Assembly (NCBI GenBank): GCA_965226495.1
Contig: OZ245365.1
Location: forward strand, 3,456,001 to 3,520,000
From: Candidatus Marinacidobacterales bacterium
GTDB lineage: Bacteria > Acidobacteriota > Vicinamibacteria > Marinacidobacterales > DATDRI01
DNA length: 64,000 nt
Direction: 5' to 3'
The first letter of the stretch is position 1, and the number at the start of each line of letters is the position of its first letter. The notes beneath the pieces are model-generated. The model saw only the letters and a program-made list of their open reading frames with translations. It ran no database searches and was not told the DNA's origin. Of the stretch, positions 49,519 to 59,050 are shown in pieces. The translations under genes were made by a program, and so were the position numbers.

Positions 49519-50457
49519 CTATGGTCTCTCGACCCCCGTGGCAGCCACCTGACGGACGAAATACTCTTCGAGTGTCTGACGAACCGGTTGCACCGAAACG
49601 AGACGCGATCCCGTCGACTGCACCATGCCCAGAACCTTATCCAAAACCTCCTCGCCTCCCAGCTCCAACTTGACGCTCTCACCTATGCGGTGCAGGCGAG
49701 TCGCGATGGCGCCGAGCTCTTGCTCCAATCCGTCGGAGACATTCCCTAAAACGACTTCTATCGTCACCGACAGGTCTAGTATGTCCGAGAGCTTGCCTTC
49801 CTCGACCTTCTTCCCCTGGTTCAAAATCGCTACCCGGTCGCACAGGGCCTCGACGTCCGGGAGGATGTGCGAGCAGAAGAGAACCGTAACCCCTTCGTTC
49901 CTGAGCTCTCGAACGAGCACCGTCATGTCGCGTCTACCCATGGGGTCGAGGCCCGACATCGGCTCGTCTAGAAAGACGATACGCGGCCGGTTGAGCAGCA
50001 CCTGTGCCACTCCGAGTCGTTGCGTCATCCCCTTGGAGTACTCGCGAAGTTGAGTATCTCCTGCCGCGGTCAGACCCACTCGTTCCAGCAAATCGTCCGC
50101 TCGGCGGAGCCGCTCGGCCCGCTCCAGGCCAAAGAGTTGCCCAAAGTAATTTAGCAGCTCCCGACCGGTCAGATAGTCGTAAAAGTACGGGTGTTCGGGA
50201 AGATAGCCGATCTGCGCCTTCATCGCGAGATCATGGAGAGGCTTGCCGAGAATTTTGGCCCGTCCCGCGGTCGGGAATACCAACCCCATCAGAAGCTTTA
50301 GCGTGGTGGTCTTGCCGGCACCATTGGGCCCGATCAATCCAAAGATCTCCCCTTGCTCTATGATGAGGGACAGACTGTCAAGGGCCCGCTTCGTCTTCCG
50401 TGAGAACGAGCCCACCGGATAGTCCTTCGTCAAGCCAACGATTTCGACATCGGACAT
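49519..50457 (-). CDS. ABC transporter ATP-binding protein (PilH-like)
   Basis: GPNGAGKTT, YSKGM, LDEPMSGLDP. Confidence 0.92.
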   Translation of the reverse strand: MSDVEIVGLTKDYPVGSFSRKTKRALDSLSLIIEQGEIFGLIGPNGAGKTTTLKLLMGLVFPTAGRAKILGKPLHDLAMKAQIGYLPEHPYFYDYLTGRELLNYFGQLFGLERAERLRRADDLLERVGLTAAGDTQLREYSKGMTQRLGVAQVLLNRPRIVFLDEPMSGLDPMGRRDMTVLVRELRNEGVTVLFCSHILPDVEALCDRVAILNQGKKVEEGKLSDILDLSVTIEVVLGNVSDGLEQELGAIATRLHRIGESVKLELGGEEVLDKVLGMVQSTGSRLVSVQPVRQTLEEYFVRQVAATGVERP

Positions 50458-50585
50458 GCGCACTTCCTTGAAAACTGCCAGATCCTCTAGGATTCTACAT
50501 TGTTTCTGATGTTGCGTTGCGCCAAGCCTTCGCCGACGCGAAAGCTATCCTCTTGGTGGAGAGGTGAACGCCTTCGTGGTAACGA

Positions 50586-51113
50586 CTAGTCGAGAATAAA
50601 TGTTGCCGAGGGAATCGGACAAGCAATGGCGTTACCTGCCTGGTCAAAGTAGATGGTGCCTGCCGGCGTACCCGAGTAGGCTCGTACCCCGGTCAGCCCC
50701 GGGTTGAGTGGTTGGGAATGATAGCAGAAATCGAATAAGGATCCGGCATCGCACCTCGTCGTATCCTGGCCCGCGGCTGGAGTCGTCAAATAGTCCCGCG
50801 AGTACCCGCCCTTATTGTAGGGGGTCGCTCGACCGAGGTCCCGACCCAAGAATGGAGGCGCGATGGTTGGATATCCCGGGATGCATATATTGCCCTGTGT
50901 CATGCATACCAAGCTTGCAGCGAACAGCCCACAATTGCTCGAAGCATAAGTGACCGCGGCGGAAATGAGGGTCCGGGTATCTCCGATGACCTGGGCTTCG
51001 TTAGCTGCGACGCGGGCACGAAGGAGGTTGGGGATGGCGATGGCGGCGATGATACCGATAATGGCAACAACGATAAGCAGTTCGATGAGTGTGAATCCGT
51101 TTCTCTTCTTCAT
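50586..51113 (-). CDS. Type IV pilin, copy 2 (6 Cys)
   Basis: NG-FTLIELLIVVAIIGIIAAIAIPNLLRAR..ANE. Confidence 0.9.
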   Translation of the reverse strand: MKKRNGFTLIELLIVVAIIGIIAAIAIPNLLRARVAANEAQVIGDTRTLISAAVTYASSNCGLFAASLVCMTQGNICIPGYPTIAPPFLGRDLGRATPYNKGGYSRDYLTTPAAGQDTTRCDAGSLFDFCYHSQPLNPGLTGVRAYSGTPAGTIYFDQAGNAIACPIPSATFILD

Positions 51114-51151
51114 CGTGGCTGGGTCCCCTCATGCCCCTCGGGAAGAAGTGG

Positions 51152-51187
51152 GAGGAAAGGGTGGCTTAGCACAGCCACCCTTTCCTC
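51152..51187 (-). terminator. Strong hairpin between the two pilin genes (leaky terminator or stabiliser)
   Basis: GAGGAAAGGGTGGCT-loop-AGCCACCCTTTCCTC, 15-bp stem, weak U tract. Confidence 0.75.
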
Positions 51188-51196
51188 TCTGGTCTA

Positions 51197-51739
51197 CTAC
51201 TCGAGGAAGAGCACCGTGCTGTCAGCGGGACATGCCACCTGGCTACCGTCCTGCGTGATGTAGATCGCGCCCGCGGCTGAACCCATGAAGCCCCGTACAC
51301 CGGTGAGCCCGAGGTTCGACGGAACCGAGTGGTAGCAGTAATCCGTCTCGCTGCTGGGGTCGCAGCGCGCGGAGTCGACGGTCGGGGCCGTTCCAACGGC
51401 TTCAAAAGACCGGTCGTAACCAGACTTCGTGTAGGTCGAGGTCCTTCCGAGGTCACCACCCACGAACTCAGGTGCGTTCGTCGGATAGTTGGGGATGCCG
51501 ATACCGCCACAGTCTCCGCCGTTCCGGCATAGATTGATCAAGTCCGCGAAGAACCCGCAGTTAGCCGAAGCGTAGGTCTGCTCTGCAGAGATGACGGACC
51601 GGGTGTCCCCAATAGCCTGCGCTTCGTTCGCGGATACGCGCGCCCGAAGCAAGCTGGGGATGGCGATGGCGGCGATAATGCCGATAATCGCCACGACGAT
51701 CAACAGCTCGATCAGTGTGAAACCTTTCTGATTTCTCAT
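51197..51739 (-). CDS. pilA: Type IV major pilin, copy 1 (6 Cys)
   Basis: KG-FTLIELLIVVAIIGIIAAIAIP; AAGGAG RBS, own sigma54 promoter, double TAG stop. Confidence 0.9.
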   Translation of the reverse strand: MRNQKGFTLIELLIVVAIIGIIAAIAIPSLLRARVSANEAQAIGDTRSVISAEQTYASANCGFFADLINLCRNGGDCGGIGIPNYPTNAPEFVGGDLGRTSTYTKSGYDRSFEAVGTAPTVDSARCDPSSETDYCYHSVPSNLGLTGVRGFMGSAAGAIYITQDGSQVACPADSTVLFLE

Positions 51740-51876
51740 TTCTAGCTCCTTTTCCCTTGCTTACCCCACCCAAGGGGTCGATTGTGTTGTGCCCGCCCTG
51801 CTCTCGTCGTTTCCGGCCTCGTTGGCTCAGTTGCGAATCGACTTACCGGGGGCGAGGCAAGTTCGATGGGGACTAT

Positions 51877-51892
51877 AGCAACCCCTATGCCA
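51877..51892 (-). promoter_or_regulatory. sigma54 promoter of pilA
   Basis: TGGCATAGGGGTTGCT; upstream AT-rich IHF-like tract near 51930-51955 and repeated (T/C)GTCAA boxes near 51967-52023. Confidence 0.85.
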
Positions 51893-52356
51893 GCCTCTGC
51901 TCCACGAGGCCGGACCTAGCCTGCGCTTTTAAGTTATTCTGTTTATACAAGTTAACCGGCATTCTCTGTCAACGAGGAACCCCGGCCAAATCGACGCCGT
52001 CAAAGTCTGCCACTTTTTGTCAACGGCCGGGTCGCAAATTTTTGAAGTTCCTACCCGGAGTCGAGCGAACAACAATAGAATATATAGAGATTCATCCTAG
52101 AACAAGCGGAAGTGCGTGATGCTCTTCTGAATCTACGACTTCCCCCGCTTCTTCAGCTCGTAGCCCGCCATCTATGGAAACGACGCCACGTCCAATTTCT
52201 GGGTGTGGGACGACGGAGCGCTTCCCTTTGGAATTTCCTTGGAATCGTGACAATAGCACATGTTAGCTTCGAAAGGTCAACCAACGCTTCAGGTCCTGTA
52301 GAACCAATTCCTTCGCCCTGGGGACACGTGGAGTGGCTCGAGATTCAGGCGAAGTT

Positions 52357-52821
52357 CTATGTGGTAGCGAGAGGGGATGCAGCCACCCTGCGGCGCTCGG
52401 ACAGGGCCGCACGTAGTACCACCAAACCGGCGAGGAGTAGAACCACGTCTTGCGCGACCGTGACCGCCCCGATACCTCTCCCCTCTCCAGAAGTGCTGAA
52501 ACACCCGCAATCGAGGTTTACGCCGCGATAGAGGTTCACGGAGATCGCGGCGATGAACACGACCAGAAGGACGCTCAGCAGAAGCGAGCTCTCCCCTTTG
52601 AAGACCCCGATGATCAACGCGAGCCCCGCGAAGAGCTCCATCCAGGGCAAACTCATCGCGAATAGGTTGGAAGCCATTACCGGCAACATCTGGTAGTTGT
52701 AGACCTGCTTGGCGAAAGCGGCGGGGTGTTGGATCTTGTCGATACTGGCGTAAATGAACACCGCGCCCAGTACCAGCCTACAGGTCAGCACGAACCAGCG
52801 GTTGTCCAGTAGTTTTTGCAT
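52357..52821 (-). CDS. MauE/DoxX-family membrane protein
   Basis: RLVLGAVFIYASIDKI, LPWMEL, RGVNLDCGCF. Confidence 0.88.
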   Translation of the reverse strand: MQKLLDNRWFVLTCRLVLGAVFIYASIDKIQHPAAFAKQVYNYQMLPVMASNLFAMSLPWMELFAGLALIIGVFKGESSLLLSVLLVVFIAAISVNLYRGVNLDCGCFSTSGEGRGIGAVTVAQDVVLLLAGLVVLRAALSERRRVAASPLATT

Positions 52822-52875
52822 TTGCCTCTCTCGTTCAGTAACGGATAGTTATCAGTATGTCTAAAAAGGTACTGA

Positions 52876-53376
52876 CTACTGATCACTAACCTCAGTGGGG
52901 AGACCCGCTTCCGTCCACTCCGGCCATCCTCCGGTATACACGTAAACGACCTGGTAGCCCTTCTCCAGGAGCTTGCTTGCCAGCAAGGTACTCTCCTCAC
53001 AACCGTAGCCGCTGCAATAGCAAACGATTTCGTCATCCAGCGGCGGCAACTTGTCCTCCACCTTCGGAAAAACCGTGTCGAACTCCATGACCGGCAATGA
53101 GATCGCTCCCGGGATATGCCCCTCGTACAGGTAAAAGTCCTCGGCACGCGCGTCGATGAAAGTTATCCCCGCCTCCCATTTCGCTTTCGTCTCCTCCAGA
53201 TTGTTGAGGAACCTCGAAGATTCGAGCTCACTCACCGCTTCCAGTGGATGTTGGCTGAGGCCTACCCCTTCGGGAGAGATTCCGTTATGAACGAATCCCA
53301 CTGCCACGGCGCACGTCACTATCGCCAACGACCCCAGGATCGTTCTTCTCCAACCGGTCCAACCAGCCATCGTCAC
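52876..53376 (-). CDS. Membrane-anchored rhodanese-like protein
   Basis: FIDAR..GHIPGAISLP..YCSGYGC..GGWPEW; overlaps pilR stop. Confidence 0.88.
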   Translation of the reverse strand: MTMAGWTGWRRTILGSLAIVTCAVAVGFVHNGISPEGVGLSQHPLEAVSELESSRFLNNLEETKAKWEAGITFIDARAEDFYLYEGHIPGAISLPVMEFDTVFPKVEDKLPPLDDEIVCYCSGYGCEESTLLASKLLEKGYQVVYVYTGGWPEWTEAGLPTEVSDQ

Positions 53377-54755
53377 CTCAGATCGTATTTCTGAAGAAGA
53401 TAGCGAAAGGAGCGAAGGTTCATGTGTAGGAACTTGGCGGCTCGGGTTTGCACTCCACCTGCGCGCTCCAGGGCCAGCGACAATAGACGTCGTTCGATAC
53501 TTCCGATGTGCTCGTGGAAATCGAGCCCGTCCTCCGGGAGCTCGACCGGTTCCCCTCCGTCAGTCGCCGCGATCGATGCGGAGCTGCCTTCCTGAATCTT
53601 CTCCGGCAGCCTCTCCGGCAGAATGACCTGCGAAGGCTCGAGCGCCACCGCACGCTCGATGACGTTCTCGAGCTCTCGCACGTTACCCGGCCAGTCGCAT
53701 CGGGTCATGAGCTCCATGGCTTCATCGGAGATCTTCGCAATGCGTTTGTTCATATTCTTATTGGCCTTCGTCAAGAAGTGCTCAGCCAACAACGGGATGT
53801 CGTCTCGGCGTTCTCGGAGTGGGACCATGTGAACGGGAATCACGTTTATGCGGTAATAGAGATCTTCACGAAAGGTCTTTTCCCCCACCATTTCCTCGAG
53901 GTTCCTGTTGCTGGCTGCGATGATCCGAACGTCAACCTCGAACTCCTCAGTGGAGCCGATAGAGCGGATTTTCTTCTCCTGCAGGACTCGCAGCAGCTTC
54001 ACCTGCATCGAGGTGCTCATCTCACCGATCTCATCGAGAAAGATGGTCCCTTTGTGAGCCACTTCGAAGAGGCCCTTGTGGTTGGCATGCGCGCCGGTGA
54101 AGGACCCCCTGAGATGACCGAATAACTCACTCTCCAGCAGGGTCTCGGGCACCGCACCGCAGTTGACAGAAACGAAGGGATCCGACTGCCGCGTGCTGTT
54201 GACGTGGATGGCACGGGCGGCGAGTTCCTTCCCCGTGCCGCTCTCCCCAGTAAGGAGGATGGTGCTGTTGGTCGGAGCCACGGACTTGATCAGCTCGAAG
54301 AGCTTAACCATCTTGGAGCTCCGGCCAAGCATCGACCCGAGGCCGTGCTTCTTGCGAAGCGTCCGCTTGAGGCTGACGACTTCCTCAGTCAGTTGCTGCT
54401 TTTCGAGAGCGTTTTTGATGGTAACTTTGAGCTCGTCGATCTTGAAGGGTTTCGCGATGTAGTCGTAGGCGCCCAGACGCAGCGCTTCCACCGCAGTTTC
54501 CGCGGACGAGTATGCGGTGATCATGATGACCGGGGTTTCCGGGGAGGATTGCTTCACTGCTCGCAGAACCTCGACACCACTCATGTCGGGCATTTTGATG
54601 TCGGAAATGACCAAATCGTAGGGAGCCTTCGAGAACGCCTCCACCGCGCTCTTACCCGACTCCGCCATCACTACTCGATGGCCATCCTTGCGAAGAGTTA
54701 TCTCCAACAGCTGGCGCATGGAAGTCTCGTCATCGACCACCAGAATGCGACTCAA
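53373..54755 (-). CDS. pilR: sigma54-dependent response regulator PilR
   Basis: REC, GESGTGKE, GSFTGA, WPGNVREL, HTH; follows pilC-pilS. Confidence 0.9.
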   Translation of the reverse strand: MSRILVVDDETSMRQLLEITLRKDGHRVVMAESGKSAVEAFSKAPYDLVISDIKMPDMSGVEVLRAVKQSSPETPVIMITAYSSAETAVEALRLGAYDYIAKPFKIDELKVTIKNALEKQQLTEEVVSLKRTLRKKHGLGSMLGRSSKMVKLFELIKSVAPTNSTILLTGESGTGKELAARAIHVNSTRQSDPFVSVNCGAVPETLLESELFGHLRGSFTGAHANHKGLFEVAHKGTIFLDEIGEMSTSMQVKLLRVLQEKKIRSIGSTEEFEVDVRIIAASNRNLEEMVGEKTFREDLYYRINVIPVHMVPLRERRDDIPLLAEHFLTKANKNMNKRIAKISDEAMELMTRCDWPGNVRELENVIERAVALEPSQVILPERLPEKIQEGSSASIAATDGGEPVELPEDGLDFHEHIGSIERRLLSLALERAGGVQTRAAKFLHMNLRSFRYLLQKYDLR

Positions 54756-56413
54756 CCGATCGTCCTCCTGCTCAACGGAAAGTGTACGGAGACCTCCGTA
54801 CCCTGCGGCTCGATACTATCCACGCGGATAACTCCATTGTAATCTTTCACGATTCTATAGACGATAGCCAAACCTAATCCGCTCCCCCGCTCGAACTTAC
54901 CGGAGAAAGGGCGGAATACTTGATGCACCTCACCCTCGCTCAAACCGACCCCTTGGTCACGAAAAGCCATGACAACTTCCCCTGAGCCGTTCCGCCCGAG
55001 TTCTACTTCCAAGCGACCTCCTTCCGGCATCGCTTGAATGGCGTTGCGGGCTAGATTCCACGTAATCTGTTTCACATGGTTGGCGTCGGCGAAAAGCTTC
55101 ACCGCCGCATCAGGTAGCTTCAAGGCGATCTCGTGCTCCGGCTGAACCTCTGCGCTGTTTTCCAGCAGCGCAACCGTTTCCCCCACGACCTCGCGAAGAT
55201 CGATGTTACGGGGCTCGAACTTCGGAGGCCTGGCGTAGACCAGAAACTCGTTCAAAATAGACGAGAGGCGCTCGGATTCCCTCACAATGATGTCCATCAA
55301 CCGAGAGTCTTCTCCCGCCAGGCCCAGCTCTTCCTGCAGGACCTGAACGGAACCGCTGATAGACGCCAACGGGTTGCGGATCTCGTGAGCCATCCCCGCC
55401 GCCATCTCTCCCATCGTAGCAAGGTTCTCCTTCAGGCGGACCTCGTTCTCCAACCGTTTGATCTCGGTGAGATCCTGAAACGTAAAAAGGAATCCGCTCC
55501 TGCTTTCGCCTTTGTAGAGTAAATGGGACACGCTCAACCCAAGGTAAATCTCATCCCCATGCCCGTTCAGATAGGCTCCCTCCATCCGACAATAGCGACG
55601 CGCTTCCAACATCGAGGCAATGCGTCCAATGAAGCCTTCTTCTTCCCCGAGCAACTCACTGGCCTTCTGTCCCATCGCTTGTGCCGCTTTCACCTTGAGT
55701 ATCGCCTGCGCGGCGTCGTTGAAGAAGTTGATGCGTCCTTCAGTATCGGTGGTCATCAAACCCGAAGAAAGTGAGTCGATCACGGTCTGATTGAAGGCTT
55801 GAAGGTCGGCGAGATGATCGGACGCCACCTCTAGTTCGCGGCCCGTCTCTCGGAGGCTCTCGGAGAGATAGCTGGTGAGAAATCCTACTGTGAAGAAGAG
55901 AAACGTATTCAGAAAGATTGTGAAGTGAACGGCCTTGGCCGGAACGGCGAACACCGCCCCCAGATAGGGATAGGCGGGAAGCACTTGTAAATGGACGAGC
56001 TCCAGCACCACCCCATACATCAACGAGGCGGCGGCCGCGGTTACTAACCCTCCCCGCCGATAGAGGATGGTGCTCGCGGCGATAATGGAAATGAAATAGA
56101 GCCTGGAGAAATTACTCTCCCCGCCACCGGTGAAATAGACGACACCCGAGATGATGGCGAGGTCCGCCAAGATCTGTGCATAAGCGGTTTGGCGGCGATA
56201 CGCCCCGGTAAAGGGCCAAACCAGGGCGTAAAGCAGCGTGAAGAAGTAGGTGAGTGCGATGAGGAAGTAGAGTGGGTGAACGGGCGCCCCGGGACGCGCA
56301 ATCACCTCGGTGGCAACTGCCAGCCCGAGCAGGATGGTGACTACCAGTACTCGCAGGACCATCAACCAGATGAGTCTGGTCTCGATTTGGCTGGAGGCTG
56401 TTTGCTTCGACAT
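54752..56413 (-). CDS. pilS: Sensor kinase PilS
   Basis: About 6 TMs with YFTGG.ES.F, PAS, AHEIRNPL; downstream of pilC. Confidence 0.88.
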   Translation of the reverse strand: MSKQTASSQIETRLIWLMVLRVLVVTILLGLAVATEVIARPGAPVHPLYFLIALTYFFTLLYALVWPFTGAYRRQTAYAQILADLAIISGVVYFTGGGESNFSRLYFISIIAASTILYRRGGLVTAAAASLMYGVVLELVHLQVLPAYPYLGAVFAVPAKAVHFTIFLNTFLFFTVGFLTSYLSESLRETGRELEVASDHLADLQAFNQTVIDSLSSGLMTTDTEGRINFFNDAAQAILKVKAAQAMGQKASELLGEEEGFIGRIASMLEARRYCRMEGAYLNGHGDEIYLGLSVSHLLYKGESRSGFLFTFQDLTEIKRLENEVRLKENLATMGEMAAGMAHEIRNPLASISGSVQVLQEELGLAGEDSRLMDIIVRESERLSSILNEFLVYARPPKFEPRNIDLREVVGETVALLENSAEVQPEHEIALKLPDAAVKLFADANHVKQITWNLARNAIQAMPEGGRLEVELGRNGSGEVVMAFRDQGVGLSEGEVHQVFRPFSGKFERGSGLGLAIVYRIVKDYNGVIRVDSIEPQGTEVSVHFPLSRRTIG

Positions 56414-56527
56414 CAACCGACTCTAGCCGGCTCTCTCTTCAATTGTCTAGATTCTGCGCGAGGACATGAAGCGAAAGGACGACTGGCGTTCCGGAGAACG
56501 CCCGTCGTCGCGAAAAATAGGATTAGC

Positions 56528-57727
56528 TCACAGGTGGCTGATCAGGTCGAAGATTGGCAGGTACATCGAGATAACGATTCCACCTACGACGATACCCAAA
56601 AAGAGGATGAGAACCGGCTCCATCAGCGTCATCAAGTTGGCCACCGATTGATCCACCTCGTCTTCGTAGAAATCTGCGATCTTCGACAGCATAGTGTCCA
56701 AGGCACCGGTTTGCTCCCCGACCGAGATCATTTGAACAACCATGGACGGAAACACCTCGGTCGCCTTGAGCGGCTGGGCGAGCGTCTGACCACCCTCGAC
56801 GGCCTTCCGAGTGGTCATGATCGCGTCTTCGATGATCGCGTTACCCGACGTCTTCGCAGTAATCTCCAGTCCGTCCAGGATGGGCACACCACTAGACATC
56901 AACGTGGCAAGCGTCCGACAGAACCGCGCCACCGAAATCTTCTTGAGGATCATTCCTAGAACAGGCGCTTTCAACATCAAACCATCGAGTACTCGCCTGC
57001 CCTTGTAGGTCGCGTAATATCGACGGATGCCGATCACCCCCGCGATGGAACCCAGGACGAGAAACGGCAGGAGCCGAACGAACCAGTTGGACGAGGCGAT
57101 GACGATTCGGGTGGGTAGAGGTAACTGAGCCCCGAGCCCTACAAACAGAGCCGCGAAGGTCGGAATCACCTTCCAGAGAATGACTCCTACCACCAAGCCG
57201 GCAATGCTCACCACCGCCGCTGGATAGATCATCGCCGACTTCACCTGGGACTTCAGCTTGACGTTTTTTTCGATATAGATGGCCAGGCGCTTGAGAATAG
57301 TGTCCAAGATACCGCCAGCCTCACCGGCAGCGATCATATTGGTAAACAGATCATCGAATGCCTGAGGATGCTTTTTCATAGCATCGGCTAAGGACGCACC
57401 GCCTTCCACGTCCTGACGCACGCCCAGAAGTACCTTTTGGAAACTGGCATTGTCTTGCTGGGTCCCCAGGATCTCCAAGCATTGCACCAACGGAAGTCCG
57501 GCATCGATCATCACCGAGAACTGACGCGTGAAGACAGCAATGTCCTTAGACTTGATGCCGCCCCCCAACTTGGGAAGCGACAACTCCTTGCCCTTCTCCT
57601 TGATGCTGGTGACCAGGACCTGCTCACGGCGGAGCATGGCAATCACCGCGTCCTTGGTATCGGCGACCCTTTCTCCGCTGGTGGCCACGCCGCGACGCGT
57701 CTTGCCTTTCCAAACGTACGCCGGCAT
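56528..57727 (-). CDS. pilC: Type IV pilus platform protein PilC
   Basis: FTRQFSVMIDAGLP, AGEAGGILD, VGEQTGALD, MYLPIF. Confidence 0.95.
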   Translation of the reverse strand: MPAYVWKGKTRRGVATSGERVADTKDAVIAMLRREQVLVTSIKEKGKELSLPKLGGGIKSKDIAVFTRQFSVMIDAGLPLVQCLEILGTQQDNASFQKVLLGVRQDVEGGASLADAMKKHPQAFDDLFTNMIAAGEAGGILDTILKRLAIYIEKNVKLKSQVKSAMIYPAAVVSIAGLVVGVILWKVIPTFAALFVGLGAQLPLPTRIVIASSNWFVRLLPFLVLGSIAGVIGIRRYYATYKGRRVLDGLMLKAPVLGMILKKISVARFCRTLATLMSSGVPILDGLEITAKTSGNAIIEDAIMTTRKAVEGGQTLAQPLKATEVFPSMVVQMISVGEQTGALDTMLSKIADFYEDEVDQSVANLMTLMEPVLILFLGIVVGGIVISMYLPIFDLISHL

Positions 57728-57804
57728 CCTGTGCCTCCTTTACTCGTTCAAACCATTAACGGTTTAGTGGCCTGATATTGCAAAACGGGGCAACCATTTC
57801 TCGC

Positions 57805-58932
57805 CTACCGACCGCCTCCGGCGCGGTTGCCCGCCATCTGCGGTCGATGACCGCCCGAAATTCCGGCGCCCCGATTGATCATGTCCTGGAGCTCATCCGG
57901 GATGGATGACATCGAGAGGGCCAATTGCAGCGTGATCTGCTTCTGAGCGTAGAGCGTAGACAAGCATTGATTGAACGTCTGCATGCCGTGTTTTTCCTGA
58001 CCGGTCTGCATCGACGAATAGATCTGATGGACCTTATCCTCGCGAATCAGGTTACGGATTGCCGCATTCGGGATCAGAATCTCCATCGCCAATACGCGGC
58101 CGGTTCCGCTCGCACGGGGTAGCAAGGTCTGACACAAGATCCCCTCGAGCACGAACGAGAGTTGCGCTCGAATCTGTGGCTGCTGGTGCGCTGGGAAGAC
58201 GTCGACGATACGGTTGATGGTTTGAGCCGCCGAGTTGGTGTGCAGGGTGGCGAACGTCAAGTGGCCAGTCTCGGCGATGCGAAGCGCCGATTCGATGGTC
58301 TCGAGGTCACGCATTTCTCCGATGAGCACCACGTCGGGATCTTCACGAAGTACGGAGCGCAGCGCGTTCGGGAAACTGAGTGTGTCGGCATGGAGCTCGC
58401 GCTGATTCACGACGCACTTCTGATGGTTGTGCAGGTACTCGATGGGGTCTTCGATAGTGATAATGTGCTCTGCTCTTTCTTTGTTGACCTTGTCCAACAT
58501 GGCGGCAAGCGTCGTCGACTTGCCGCTCCCCGTCGGGCCCGTCACCAACACCAACCCTCTCGGTTTGTCGCAGATCTGTGACACCACGGTCGGGAGTCCC
58601 AGCTGCTTGAAATTGAGGATTTCGTAAGGAATCGTCCGATAAACGGCTGCCACTGATCCCCGCTGCTGGAACACGTTAGCGCGGAACCTTGCCAGATTCT
58701 TGATGCCGAACGAAAAGTCCAACTCGAGGTTTTCTTCGAAACGATGCTTTTGGTTGTCGGTGAGCACACTGTAAGCAATTTGTTTCGTTTCCACCGAAGT
58801 GAGAGGCGGCATGTCGAGCTGACGAAGCTTGCCGTCCACCCGCACCTGAGGCGCCGAGTTGTTGGTCACGTGTAGATCGGATCCGCCCATCTCGAGCATC
58901 GTCTTCAGCAACTGATGGAGGCTAACCGCCAT
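57805..58932 (-). CDS. pilT: Retraction ATPase PilT
   Basis: GPTGSGKSTT, TIEDPIE, LREDPD, AIRNLIRE, GMQT. Confidence 0.96.
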   Translation of the reverse strand: MAVSLHQLLKTMLEMGGSDLHVTNNSAPQVRVDGKLRQLDMPPLTSVETKQIAYSVLTDNQKHRFEENLELDFSFGIKNLARFRANVFQQRGSVAAVYRTIPYEILNFKQLGLPTVVSQICDKPRGLVLVTGPTGSGKSTTLAAMLDKVNKERAEHIITIEDPIEYLHNHQKCVVNQRELHADTLSFPNALRSVLREDPDVVLIGEMRDLETIESALRIAETGHLTFATLHTNSAAQTINRIVDVFPAHQQPQIRAQLSFVLEGILCQTLLPRASGTGRVLAMEILIPNAAIRNLIREDKVHQIYSSMQTGQEKHGMQTFNQCLSTLYAQKQITLQLALSMSSIPDELQDMINRGAGISGGHRPQMAGNRAGGGR

Positions 58933-59050
58933 ACCTTGACCTCTCTAATATCCGCTCTGGAATAGCTGTTGGGTTTGTCACGTTAACTTGCCGCCCAAGA
59001 GTATGCAGGTCAGCATCGAAAGTGGTCCGGCCCTCAGAGTCTCCAGGGGT

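Noticed and set aside
50586-51739. Conductive e-pilins
   Set aside because: Full-length ~175-aa pilins, not the truncated Geobacter type; no supporting evidence
57768-57783. sigma54 site TGGCCTGATATTGCA
   Set aside because: Spacer is one base short and it is antisense to pilC
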